Source of the DNA: Octopus sinensis
Taxonomy: Eukaryota
Length of the DNA stretch: 64,000 bases
Direction of reading: 5' to 3'
NCBI RefSeq assembly: GCF_006345805.1
Contig: NC_043007.1
Coordinates: 4,340,001-4,404,000 of the forward strand
Shown: positions 52,474 through 64,000 of the stretch, piece after piece
Numbering within the stretch: the stretch's first letter is position 1
How the letters are laid out: every line of letters starts with the position of its first letter
The notes under the pieces: model-generated
Told to the model about the DNA's origin: nothing
The model's database searches: none
Seen by the model: the letters and a program-made list of their open reading frames with translations, nothing else
Made by a program: the position numbers and the translations under genes

Positions 52474-52649
52474 TTAAACATGACAATTTGTCTGCCTCTT
52501 TTCAAGTCCTTACAGGTCCCCATCACATTATCAGAAACACTCCCCTAACCCATACCAATGATATCTACAATCCATAACACTAATCCATTTTTTTAGATAT
52601 CAAAAATCCTATTAGTGGTAATCCATACTCCTGCTGTATTAATTAGAAA

Positions 52650-52931
52650 TTATAAAACACCATTTGCATTGTCAATAGTCCCTAATTCTTGCAAATGGTA
52701 TCTTCTTTGGACAACACTTAACTGCATGCTCAAGTATCTTCTCTGATATTTTAGTGATTCTGAGAGCGTGTGAATCATCAAGTTGAATGAATGCTGGACA
52801 ACAAGCTGCAAGGTTGATGGTTTGTATCCTGACACCAGCAATATTTTATAAACTCTCATCAACTGAATTTGCTTAACTCTACACAGGTACCACACAATAG
52901 TAGGATTTACCACAAAAAGTTGTAATAACAT
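52650..52931 (-). CDS. Possible coding exon within a 93-codon non-repetitive ORF (a second minus frame is also open for 57 codons)
   Basis: Long open frames in non-repeat AT-rich DNA; splice sites not resolved. Confidence 0.22.
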   Translation of the reverse strand: MLLQLFVVNPTIVWYLCRVKQIQLMRVYKILLVSGYKPSTLQLVVQHSFNLMIHTLSESLKYQRRYLSMQLSVVQRRYHLQELGTIDNANGVL

Positions 52932-53441
52932 TATAGAATTGACTAATATTTCTTGGGTTTTCAGAGCTATTTGTAATTCTTCATGTAAGGTAAGTTACCA
53001 ATGATGGACAAACAACCTAGCCTGTAAGAAGACTTCTTTTCCATCTATTTAACGATGTAAAAAACATATAATTACCTGCTCAAATGATTAGCTTTATTCA
53101 TATTACTGTTGTTTTCTATAATGCCTAGTCCTTCTTACAAAAATACTAATTTCTCTAATACTACATTTGTAGTACCACTCATATTTTCTCCACCACTAGA
53201 ATTTTTTGCTCAAATTGCATTAAAATCAGCAGTGCTTTTTTTTTTTTTTCACAATTGCTATTTCTTTTAAAACCTTTAAAATGAAAACATTTCCTTTTAT
53301 TCCAAATACTTCAATATTGGTACTTGGTCCCTTTATGTCTGGGATTTCATTCTGCTGTTAAATTAAATTCTGCCAAATATATTTTGGGATGGTTAATCAT
53401 AGGTTTTTGTTTATTTTTCTTTATGAACAGTGTTTCATATA

Positions 53442-53728
53442 CGAGGGGTTACTCAAAAGAAACTGGAATTTTGCAATATAATTCTATTCATTTAGTTTTA
53501 CATGTTTACATTTTTATCACCTTCAGAGTATTGAAACAATGCATCAGTCCAGGAGTGTTTTCCCCTGTTCGAACCAGTACTAGAACTCTTGCCAAGTGAT
53601 GCCTTTTAATGCCTCTGTTGTTTTTTTCTTCACCTTTTCCACATCTGCAAATTCTAGCAGTGGAAGTCTGAGCTATAATGGGCGTGTCCCACAGAGAACA
53701 TTTCCAGTTATTTTTGGGTACCTCCTCA
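53442..53728 (-). mobile_element. Mariner-derived MITE
   Basis: TA-flanked imperfect TIRs (cgaggggttactcaaaagaaactgg / ccagttatttttgggtacctcctca); internal mariner C-terminal peptide FADVEKVKKKTTEALKGIT. Confidence 0.82.
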
Positions 53729-56700
53729 TAACTCAGGGACATCATATATATCAAAAATAATAGTTAGTTGGTGTTAATATATATAATGCAGTAAGCATTA
53801 AATAAACTGATTCTGAATAATTATGACAAAAAAACAATATTAATCTATGACATAATTTCCATCATTTTGGCAAGTACAAGAGATATCTATGGATATATTT
53901 TGGTCTTATGACCTCATCAATGAAGCATAAACTTGCTGAAATAGTGGTGAGAAAATCATTAAGTAACTGTGCATTAATGTATACTGACTGGTTGTAGAAA
54001 AGTAGAATTTAGAGATACAACTGCAGACACAAGTTTTATCCTACTGCATAGCACCTTGGGCAAATATCTTCTACGCTATGGCCTTGGGCAACCAATGCCT
54101 TATCAGTGAAATTGGTAAGATGAAAGCCTATTTCATGTGTGTGCGTTCGCATGTGCATGCGTGTGTGTGTGCATGAATATTTAGATTCTGGGGTCATCAC
54201 TTGGCTATATTTGAGTGAAACAATGAAGTTGTGTTCTTGTCAACGAGGAACAATATGTCCTGTGACAAGTAAAATAAAATAATCCTTAGCTGCAAAACAG
54301 GGTTTATGTCAGGAAGGGCATCTGGTCACAAAATGCTGTCTCAAATAAATTTACATCCAACCCATGCCAGCATGGAAAAATGGATGCAAAGCAAACGAAT
54401 GACCCATATGGCTGGCAATTTCCTCTCCACTTCTTCACCCACAAATTTTCTCTCCTCTTTAATAATACTTTGGTATCTCGAAAAATAGATAGTTGGAATG
54501 TGATAGGTTTGGAATTCTAGAGAGATTACATTCTGGGTAGAAAGAAGGACTGGACATGGTGGCTTGAATGGGACCTGAGAAAGCTGCGTAATTTGGATGA
54601 TGGGGAGAGGAGAAAAAGTGAGTTGAAGGTGTCAAAGTAGATGTAGCACACGATCAATTAGCTCTGAGCAGAGGCCACTGTAGTAGCAGCAAAAAGAAGT
54701 CAGTGAGGGGACACAGCATATGTGTGGGTCAGATGTTTGAGTGTGTTCATATAAAACAGTGATTTCACTAACTTCATTCTCTTATGCCTAGCTTTCTGTC
54801 TTGCAGGGCCCCACATTAGGAAATAGGGATAACTGGGTGAGATTAGTGCAATTAATATTCTTTATCACTCATTATTTAGAGGATTATCATCCCCTACATT
54901 ATCACCACCACCACCACAGCATTTTACTAATATTAATAAATAAAGATTAAAACAAAACTTCAGCAAAACTTCTGCTAATAGTATTTTCTCCGATATTAAA
55001 CCCAAGGAGGGGGAATATAGATACCAGCTTATGGAATCTCCCCCTCCCCACCTCCTTAGAATAAATGAATAAATAGAAAACGCCAAAAATGATAAAAAAA
55101 TCAAAAGGAGAGAGAGAGAGTGAGAAAGAGAGGGAGGATGAAACTTTTGCTAATAGTATTTTTTCCTGATGGTATTGAACTTGTAGTACTGGTATTTCAA
55201 GTAAAGCTACTATATAGTATTAAGTCAAACCTAGTGCTGTTAGTTGATAGCAGGGAAGAAGAAGAAGAAGAAAAAAATTAAGATTGGATCAATTTATATT
55301 TATGCTTTCATGCGTCTGTAAGTGGCATTGTTGCTGCAAATAGGGTTTTTATATGTTTTTTTGGTTTTTGTTTGATCCCCTCCCCCCGCTCTTCTTGTTG
55401 TTATTTTTCTTTATCAATTTTGTAATGAACCATCTTTGATAGATGGAAGTGAGTGGTGGTGGTCGTGGTGGAGGAGGTGGGGAACAGGGAAAAAGACAAA
55501 CACAAAAGCTAAAACAAACAAAGCAGCAACACACATTTAATACCCTCACGTTTATGCTGTTACATGAAAGCTTATGTTTTCACACACAAACAAGCACACA
55601 CGCATACTAGGAATTATAGATTTCCAGACACAAGCAGATACAACACACGCACACACACACACAAAAGCACACACAAAAGCACATTGATATACAAACATAT
55701 ACCTACAAATATATGCAGACGTTTATTTCCATCAACAGAGTCATAAGCAAACGAAACATTACGTATGTACATATATTTGCATTTTGTTTGTGATTGTCTG
55801 TGTGTCTTTTTGTGTGTGTGGATGTCAGTTCTTGTGTTATTTCTTATTAATATGAAAATGGAGAAGCTAGAGAGAGATGGCCATGATATGAGAGCCTGGG
55901 ACGCAGACTAAATGCTTTGCAATATCTACTCTCATTCATCAGGGTTCTGATATCAAATCCAGCCAGGTTTCAGTTTGTCTTTCATCTCTCAGTGGTTGAT
56001 CAAATGTTCACCAGTGATACACTTGGGATGACTCTGTTAACCGCAAACGTTCTGCATTTCTGTAGATTTATTATATCCCTAGAAATGCTCGGGGTGATAG
56101 AATTACTGTAGAATGTTGTTGATGTTGTTGTTTTAGAATATTTAGTTTGATTTTTCCAATTTTCTTTTATTCTTTTACTGGTTTCAGTCCTTGGGTTGTG
56201 GCCATTCTGGGGCACCACCTTGAAGAGTCTAGTCAGTTGCATTGACACCATTATTAATGTAAAGATGAAAGGCAAAATAGACCGATGCAAAATCTGAGCT
56301 GAGAATATAAAGAGATGCAACCAAATATTTTTTGTAATGCTTTAATAATTCTCCAACTTACTCAACTTTTGTCCTGAGTTCAAATCCCACCTGAATTTTC
56401 TATACTTTTCATTTCCACTTGTAATTGGGTTTGTCAACTGAATTGATCTCAGCATATTATGAAAAGGGGGGGGGGCATGCACAAAGATTGTGATGTTACC
56501 TGATGGTGAGACACAGTTAATGAATGCAGAACATATGCAGAGATATTAAAAGAATGAGTTGAATATGTTCCACTGGACGGGTTGTATATTATTGACTTGG
56601 TTGGAAAACAGACCACAATTGAAACACAAGTGTTGTTGGGAGTCAGAGGCACGGGTGAGTATGTGTGGCAGAGACACTTGCCTTTGTGTGAATGCATGGT

Positions 56701-57666
56701 GTGACTGAACAACTGCTAAATGAAAAATTACCACATGGTGATAATGGGAGGAACACATGGGTACAAAGGGCAGAAAAGGGCAAATGAAAACACAAGAAGC
56801 CACAATATGAATTAGAGGTTGTTGGATCCCATCTAGGGCATCAGGGTTAACTGTGGGTCTGAAACTGTATGCACAGGTCCGTATAAGGTTTTAGGTGAGG
56901 AAGGCTAGCAGATGCCACTAATATTATTCAATGGCTGATGGAGCTTGGTACCACTTGTAAGTATTGCTCTCTCAATGCAAAGGGCTGGCACACATAATAT
57001 AAAGGATTTTGCCAGACACTCTAATAGTTCCGATAATCCATCATCACTGCACATGAAATAGCACAATTCCAGGAGGACTGTTCATACACAACCAGTGCCA
57101 CCATGTGAAACCAAACAATAAAACAGCAATAACACTGACAATCATAATCCCTGGAAGAAAATCAGCACACATAACTCTTGTACTAATTCCAGATTTGCGA
57201 TTAGGAAGCAGTTGATGTTCAGCTTGGACTTTCAAAAGCTGATGCCAGGAAAGAGTTGCAGTTTGGAGTAAGAAGATCTGGAAAAAAACGTTTCATACTC
57301 AGTCTGGGAATCTGTTGATTGATGTATACTAGGGATGGTTCCATACATTTCAGGTGTTCCTATTCACTTATTTACTTCTATTTATGTCTGTGAATGTGTA
57401 TGCATAGCCTCACATATAGGTATACATCTATCTTATCTTTTGATCTGCTAACTCAGCACAGCATTTTATGGAAATAAGATCTGCTTGGAAGACGCATGAC
57501 ACTCTAAATTGTTAGCATAACACCAACATCCCCGAGAACAAAAGATAATAAACTAGAACTGAAAGTTTATCCTACTGTGAATATAACACCAAATACCTCT
57601 ATACAGTTAGAATTGTTGTTGGTGAATATAGTGGCACCTCTGTCTCTGTCTTTCTCTTTGCCCCCT

Positions 57667-57735
<69 letters not shown>

Positions 57736-58794
57736 GTAGGTATAGACAGGCATGTGTATAAAATTTTTTCAGCTCTGAGCTATCTATTGCTTTCCTTTAT
57801 TATTTTCATTTCCCTTCTCTCTCCCTGAATTTGGAACTTAAAAATCAGATCAATTTTATCTTCTTTGTTATCATATTCTGCTTATGTGTTAGGCAAGAAC
57901 AGATAGACACGTATTGTATTCATCTTCTGCACTTCACGACTGCACACCATCAATACACACATACACACAACAGTGAAACACTATCACAATACAACTACAT
58001 TTGCAGCTACATCAATACACATGCATATACATACACCAAAAGAAAAACCCAGTTACATATAAGCATAAATAAGCAATTACTAAGGGAGGAAAGTCATAGA
58101 TTAATTTGAAGCCAAGTAGTGCACTGTCCTCAAAGCAGCCCAGCATCTTATGCATTTCATAGTAAAGATTCAAACTTTGGAGTAGACGGGCCACAGTCAG
58201 AATGGACTAATTTCATATATGGTCGGTTAAGAAATTCAAAGTAGTAATCCAGCCTCTTTAGTTCTACAGTGGTAAAAATCCTTGTTTGCTTTTGATTTGC
58301 TTTGGTTCATTGTATATATTTACATAATTGTAACTACACTTTTGAAGGGGTTTTTTGTTTTTTCTGCTTTTCTTCCTTTGAAACCATCCGTATTTATCTG
58401 GGTGTTTTGTGCTTTAATAACCTTTTTTTTTTGTTTGTTTTTTAATCTGTTCTGCATTCATAATTTGGTTTCATTATTCTTCAAAACATGGGCAGCAGTG
58501 ATGTTTCAGGTAAAGCCAAGGAACAAAAATGAGCTGGATTTAGAAAAGAAATACTGAAGCTGATAAAGACATTATCAAGAAAGGGGGAGCCAGAAGTAAA
58601 GCTTGGTTCTAATAAAATTATATTTTTCAACTGAGACAAACACATTTAACAGAAGACAAAAGGCAGGCTTCAGGAACTCATTGTTGGAATTATTTGCTTC
58701 ACAATAACTTCAACAACAACAGAAAAAAAGTGTTGTTGATGTTGCTGTAGCAAAGAAGATGTCTACATATTGCGTGTGTGTGTGTGTGTGTGCA

Positions 58795-59345
58795 TGCGCA
58801 AGCATAGCTGTGTGGTTAAGAAATTTGCTTTGCAACCAAATGGTTTTAGGTTCAGTCCCACTGTATAACACCTTTGGCAAGCAACTTTTACAATAACACT
58901 GGACCAACCAAAGCCTTGTGAGTGGACTTGGTAGAAGAAAAGTGAAAGATGTCCATTCCTGTGCTGGTGGCATGTAAAAAGCAGTATTCAAATGGTGACT
59001 GATTCCAGTGCCCCCTGACTGGCTCCAGTGATGGTGGTATGTAAAAAGCACCATCCAGACATGGCCAATGTCAGTGGCCCCTGACTGGCTCCCATGCAAG
59101 CAGCATGTAAAAAGCACTATCCGAACATGATCGATTCCAGAGTCACCTGACAGGCTCCTGCACCAGTGGCATGTAAGAAGCACCCACTACACTCTTGGAG
59201 TGGTTGGTGTTAGGAAGGGCATCCAGCTGTAGAAACACTGCCAGATCAAGACTGGAGCCTGGTCAGCCGCTAGCTTTCCAGACCTCAGTCAAGCTGTCCA
59301 ACCTATACCAGCATGGAAAACAGAAGTTAAACGATGATGATGATG
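58795..59345 (+). mobile_element. Composite SINE: family A head/left body + family B tandem modules and tail
   Basis: A-type 5' part, then four gtaa(a/g)aagca modules, B core and (gat)n. Confidence 0.75.
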
Positions 59346-59422
59346 ATATATATACACACACACATATAAATATACATACATATACATATATATATATATT
59401 TATATAAACACACACACATACA

Positions 59423-60714
59423 CAGGGTGTGATGGGTAAATTGTTGCCATTTCATATTTTTACTTTTGTGCATGTGCATTGTTTGTTTTTGATTGTGTTG
59501 ACCACACAGTGTAGGAGGGTCAGTTGGGCACTGTCTGTGAGTAAAACAGTACCATGATGCAATTCTCTCTCTGCCAGAAATTTGGAAACGACATGCTAGA
59601 CTGCTTGGCATTCCCACCATAAGCTCCAATACGAACATTTCAGAGTGTTTGGGTGTAAATCTGAGGATGGTGCAGAGGATTCAGAATGTCTAATGGTGGT
59701 ACGAAGGTACGGCAGCTCAGGAAACCGACTCTGATTGTTCTGATGAGAAAAGAACTCTTGAATTTGTTGGTGAGATCCAGGCTATGATTGACAACGATTC
59801 CTCCAAGTCAATCAAGACCATTGCCAGGGACATGGGAGTGTCTGAGTTTCTTATCAGGCAGGTAGGGCATGAACACAATCAGTATTCCTTGTACAACATG
59901 AAAAAGAGCTGATTTTTATTCCGAGCCATCAAGGACAAAAGAAAAGACCATGCTACAAAGCTTTTAAACAAACTCAAGTATTCCCTCCAACCGAACATGT
60001 TTTGGTTTTTCTCACACAAGAAAACTTTCTGCCAGAATCAGATGGTGAACACACAGAACAACCATTGGCTTGCCGTGTCCCCAAAACATGTACCATGAGT
60101 GATAAAAATCAAACACCTAGTTAACATCATGGTGTTTGGAGTGATCACTAGTGATGGGAACATTATACCTCCATTCACTTTCCCATACAGCCTCAGACTC
60201 AACACAGTGGCCTACTACAAGTGCCTGGAGGAGGTAGTGCTGCTCTGAGTCAAAAAGGAGGATGCTGGAAAACCCTATGTCTGCAACAAGATTCTGCACC
60301 ATTCCACACAAGCAGGAGAACCCAGTCATGGGTGTCAGACAATTTCTATGACCACATCACCACTAACATCTGGTCACCTAACTCCCCAGACTGCAACCCC
60401 CTTGATTATTTTGTGTGGGACGCAGTTGAGTGAGAGACAAACAAAACTCCTTGTAACACCAAAGATGAACTGAAGGCAAGGATTACGCAGCCTTCACCAA
60501 CTTAAACAAGGAGACTGTCCAGAAGAGTTGCAGGAGATTCCAAAGTCGTCTGGAGGCCATGGTTAAAGCCAATGGCGATTTTATTGAATAAATTTACTGT
60601 TTAGTATTTCAAGATATTTTTATATAATTTTGGTAAATATATCTGTTAAAAGGAGATGTCAGTGTTATTTTCATTTTTGTGTAACTTAGACGACAGTTTA
60701 TTCACCGCACCCTG
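59423..60714 (+). mobile_element. Tc1/mariner-superfamily transposon, degraded, both TIRs present
   Basis: TIRs cagggtgtgatgggtaaattg / cagtttattcaccgcaccctg|ta; QQDSAPFH..WSPNSPDCNPLDYFVW catalytic motifs. Confidence 0.9.
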
Positions 60715-61592
60715 TATACACACACACACACACACACACACACATGGAAGGCAGTTGTTAAACAATGATGATTTTGATAATATATACACACAGAAACACA
60801 CACACACATACACATATGGAAGGCAGACATTAAACGATGATCACATACACACACATATGACCAGGCTATATCTTTATATGTGCTTATAAATATATGTGTA
60901 TCACATTATCTGAACATTTTGTGTTAGTTGTAAATGTTTGTTTGCCATCATACAAGTTGTGTCGTTCAGTACCAATCTGCCCAGAGAACATGTCAGGATT
61001 TGGGCAAATATTACTTTGCTTGGGAACAGGTGAAGGTCAGTGACAGGGAGGGCATCAGGCTGTAGAAAATTTACCAGAATGATTTGTCTGACCCTTGAAA
61101 GGATGAAAAAGCAGATGTTAAAAAGAAGAGGGGGAGGAGGAAGGGGAGGAAGTAGTGGTGGTGGGGTTAATGGTTGTGATGGAAGCAGTGGCAATAGTGG
61201 TGATGGTGCTGGTGGTGCTGATGAATGGTCAAATTCAAATGATCTAAAAATTAGAAAATGACTTCTCAGAAAACTGGATTTTGAAATGTTTTGAGTAAAA
61301 ATACAAAAGTCAGCCTTAAAATAGTTATTTACAGTTTTGAAAGAAAATTTATTTAAGAAGCATATTGTGATATATTTACTTCATTTTATTATACCGTGTC
61401 AGAGTGACTATTTTTGAAGAAACATGATAGCTTTAAAATGGACTCTAAGAAAGAACATATTCTCTCATTTTATTATTCTACATCAGAATAACTGTTCATA
61501 GTAAAAATAAGGACAATGATCTCAAAGACATTTATTTACAGCTTTAAGATGGAATTTATTTGAGAAATATTATAACATCTATTTTTTATATA

Positions 61593-61879
61593 GTTCTATA
61601 TTTAAGAGATGAGGAATTATGCTCATGGGCATATGGCATAGTGGTTAAGAGGGTGGGCTACTAACCCCAAGACTCCGAGTTCAATTCCAGACAGTGACCT
61701 GAATAATAATAATAATAATAATAATAACAACAACAACATCGAAAAATACCTTAGGAATGAGAACCCAGGTTCGAAATTTCCCCAAGACACCTGAAGAACG
61801 TTGGAGGGTATATCAGCCCAAACGTTGTGTTAACAACAAACAAGATGAGGACAAATATCCGTTGAATGTGAATAATGTA
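61593..61879 (+). mobile_element. tRNA-headed SINE with hammerhead-like motif and an inverted 3'-end copy at its 5' side
   Basis: A-box tggcatagtggtt, B-box gagttcaattcc, (AAT)n, then gacac-CTGAAGA..cagcc-CAAAC-gtt-gtgtt; the 3' end and the 5' inverted piece match the insertion at 30446-30577. Confidence 0.75.
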
Positions 61880-61939
61880 TCTACTTTTTATGCTATATCA
61901 GAATAACAGAGGCAAGCAAGAAATGGTGAGAATAACTCC

Positions 61940-62392
61940 TTGCTATGAAAAAGAACAAGAATTCCAGGATGCTATGGGACTTCTGTATAACGACTGACCA
62001 TGGTATTGAATCAAGAAGACCAGATACGGTTATAAAAGACAAAAGAAATAAACAGCATCAGATGACAGACTTTGCAATGCCAAAAGAGAATTGAATGAAT
62101 AGCAAAGAAACTGAGAAAAATTGAGAAATGTCAGGAGCTAATTAGAGATTGTGGAAGACTAAGATAAGAGTTAATTATACCTGTGTTAATTGGTGCACTT
62201 GGCATAACACCCAGACTATAATGGGGGATGAAGAAGACTGGAGTTGAGATTTGCATTGTCACCCTGCAGTAAAGTGAAGTCATGTATTCTGCAAGAAACC
62301 TGAGAATGATTTGAGGAGTCTTGTTGTCACCAAACCTCAAGATAACACCCCTGCTAGTTAAATTAGCATCTGAAATAATAATAATGACAACA
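61940..62392 (+). mobile_element. 3' fragment of an R4/Dong-like LINE (REL domain + (AAT)n tail)
   Basis: LWDFCITTDHGIESRRPDTVIKDK..DFAMP..KETEKIEK REL motif. Confidence 0.8.
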
Positions 62393-62394
62393 AT

Positions 62395-64000
62395 AATTCT
62401 TTGCCAAAAGGATCCCAGCCAAGGCATTGCGAACGACTGAAATGGTAACCAAACAGACAACAAAGATTTCAAACTGGAAATGGTTAGGACTGGATGGGGT
62501 ACAAGGAAACTGGCTGAAAAATTTCTCTGCTCTACACAGAAGAATAGCCATGCAAATGGATAAAATGATCAACAACAATGTACAAATCCCAAAGTGGCTA
62601 ACCACAGGTAAAACAATTCTTTGCCAAAAGAATCCCAGCAAAGGCAATGTGGTGGATAATTACTGGCCTATCATCTGCCTGCTCTTGATGTGGAAGCTGG
62701 GGACAGGAATAATATCTGATTATGTGTATAACTTCCTGGAAATGAAGGACAAACTACCAGTGGAAGAGAAAGGGTGTAGAAGGAAAAGCTGAGGGACAAA
62801 ATCAAACCAACTTCTGATAGACAGAATGGTGCTGAATAACTGCAAGAAAAGACTTACTAATCTGGGTATGGAGTGGATCGATTATAAGAAAGTGTATGGC
62901 ATGGTTCCCCATTCCTGGATTTTAGAAACTATTGAGCTGGTACAGGTGCCTGATAACATATCAAATTTTATTAGGAGATCAATGAAAAACTGGAATACAA
63001 AGTTAACTTCATGTGGAAAATTTTTGGTGAGAGTTAACATCAAGAGAGGCATATTTCAAGGAGTTATCCTATCACCATTGTTCTTTGTGATTTGTATGAT
63101 ATCCCTCACACCGATACTATGGAAAGTGACATTGGGATACACCTTGAAAAGTGGAGGAAAATTAAATCATTTGTTATATATGGATGATTTAAAGATCTTT
63201 GGAAAGACCAAACATGAAATAAATGGCCTAGTTTCAACAGTGCAGTAAGGATATCGGAATGGAATTTGGGACTAAAAAGTGTGGTATGTTTATAATATAA
63301 AGAGGCAAAAGAGTGTCGTCTGATGGTGTAGAGCTACTCAACAGCAAGAACATCAAGCATATTGAGACTAATGGATATAAATATCTGGGGATTTTAGAAT
63401 ACAGCAAAATCAGGAAATGAAGGAAAGCTTTAGGCGAGACTGTCTCAGAAGAACCAAGTTAATTATGAGAAGTAGACTCAATGGACAAAACAAAATCAGG
63501 ACAATGAACATATGGACTGTTTCATTAATGCAATATGGTGCAGGCGTTGTTAGGTAGACAAAGAACGAACTTGAGGAAATGGACAGGAAAACTAGAGAAG
63601 CGATGACAGTTAACAAGGAATTACACCCCAAAAGCGATACTGACAGACTGTATGTGCCTAGAAATAGGGATGGAAGAGGTTTCATTGAATGCAAAATCTG
63701 TATTAATGAGAAGAACAGTCTGGGCTGGTACAACAAAAAGCAGAGTGAATCCTTGCTTGTCACTGTTAGAATTAACAATACAATACCTACTGAAAATGTG
63801 ATGCACCCAGAAACATTTAAAAAACACAAGATGAAGAAAGAGTAGACAACTGGGAAATGAAACCACTGCATGGGCAATACCTGAGAGACATCAAAGGAAA
63901 AGACAAGACCAACACTTGGAGACAGCTAAGAACAAGTGATCTGAAAGGATGCACTGAGGTATTGATATGCAACGCCCAGGAACAAATTCTGAGAACTAAT
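62395..64000 (+). mobile_element. R4/Dong-like REL-clade LINE, RT region, degraded, runs off the window
   Basis: NYWPIICL, WIDYKKVYGMVPHSWI, RGIFQGVILSPLFF and NHLLYMDDLK RT motifs; DRLYVPRNRDGRGF. Confidence 0.92.

Noticed and set aside
56800-57300. Non-repetitive region with open frames and splice-like sites on both strands
   Set aside because: Possibly coding, but no consistent exon boundaries or strand could be assigned.
58960-59190. Regularly spaced gtaaaaagcacc repeats resembling a CRISPR-like array
   Set aside because: The spacers are homologous to each other, the context is a eukaryotic SINE and there are no cas genes.
61100-61245. Gly-rich ORF end (GGGGRGGSSGGG)
   Set aside because: Low-complexity purine tract fused to a SINE remnant.

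Overview
AT-rich, repeat-dense animal genomic DNA, most consistent with an octopus/coleoid cephalopod. That assignment is an inference from the SINE families and the microsatellite load; no database was searched. There is no prokaryotic operon, CRISPR array, rRNA or intact tRNA gene. Most of the window is intronic/intergenic. It contains several tRNA-headed SINE families, RTE and restriction-like-endonuclease (R4/Dong-like) LINE remnants, a Penelope-like GIY-YIG remnant, Tc1/mariner remnants and MITEs, and many microsatellites, which explain most ORFs in the supplied track. Short candidate exons with canonical splice sites occur on both strands, but the host gene(s) could not be identified and the exon calls are tentative. 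The most interesting signal is a set of minimal hammerhead-ribozyme-like motifs tied to Penelope-type inverted ends. They comprise a tRNA-headed SINE carrying a hammerhead core and an inverted copy of its own 3' end (61.6-61.9 kb), a palindromic 132-bp insertion of the same family with a perfect 13-bp TSD (30.4-30.6 kb), and a Penelope remnant whose inverted pseudo-LTRs each hold a complementarily decayed hammerhead (39.7-40.8 kb). Also notable are a probable 1-kb inversion splitting a SINE, fold-back mariner derivatives, RFX X-box motifs and a 769-bp tandem duplication.
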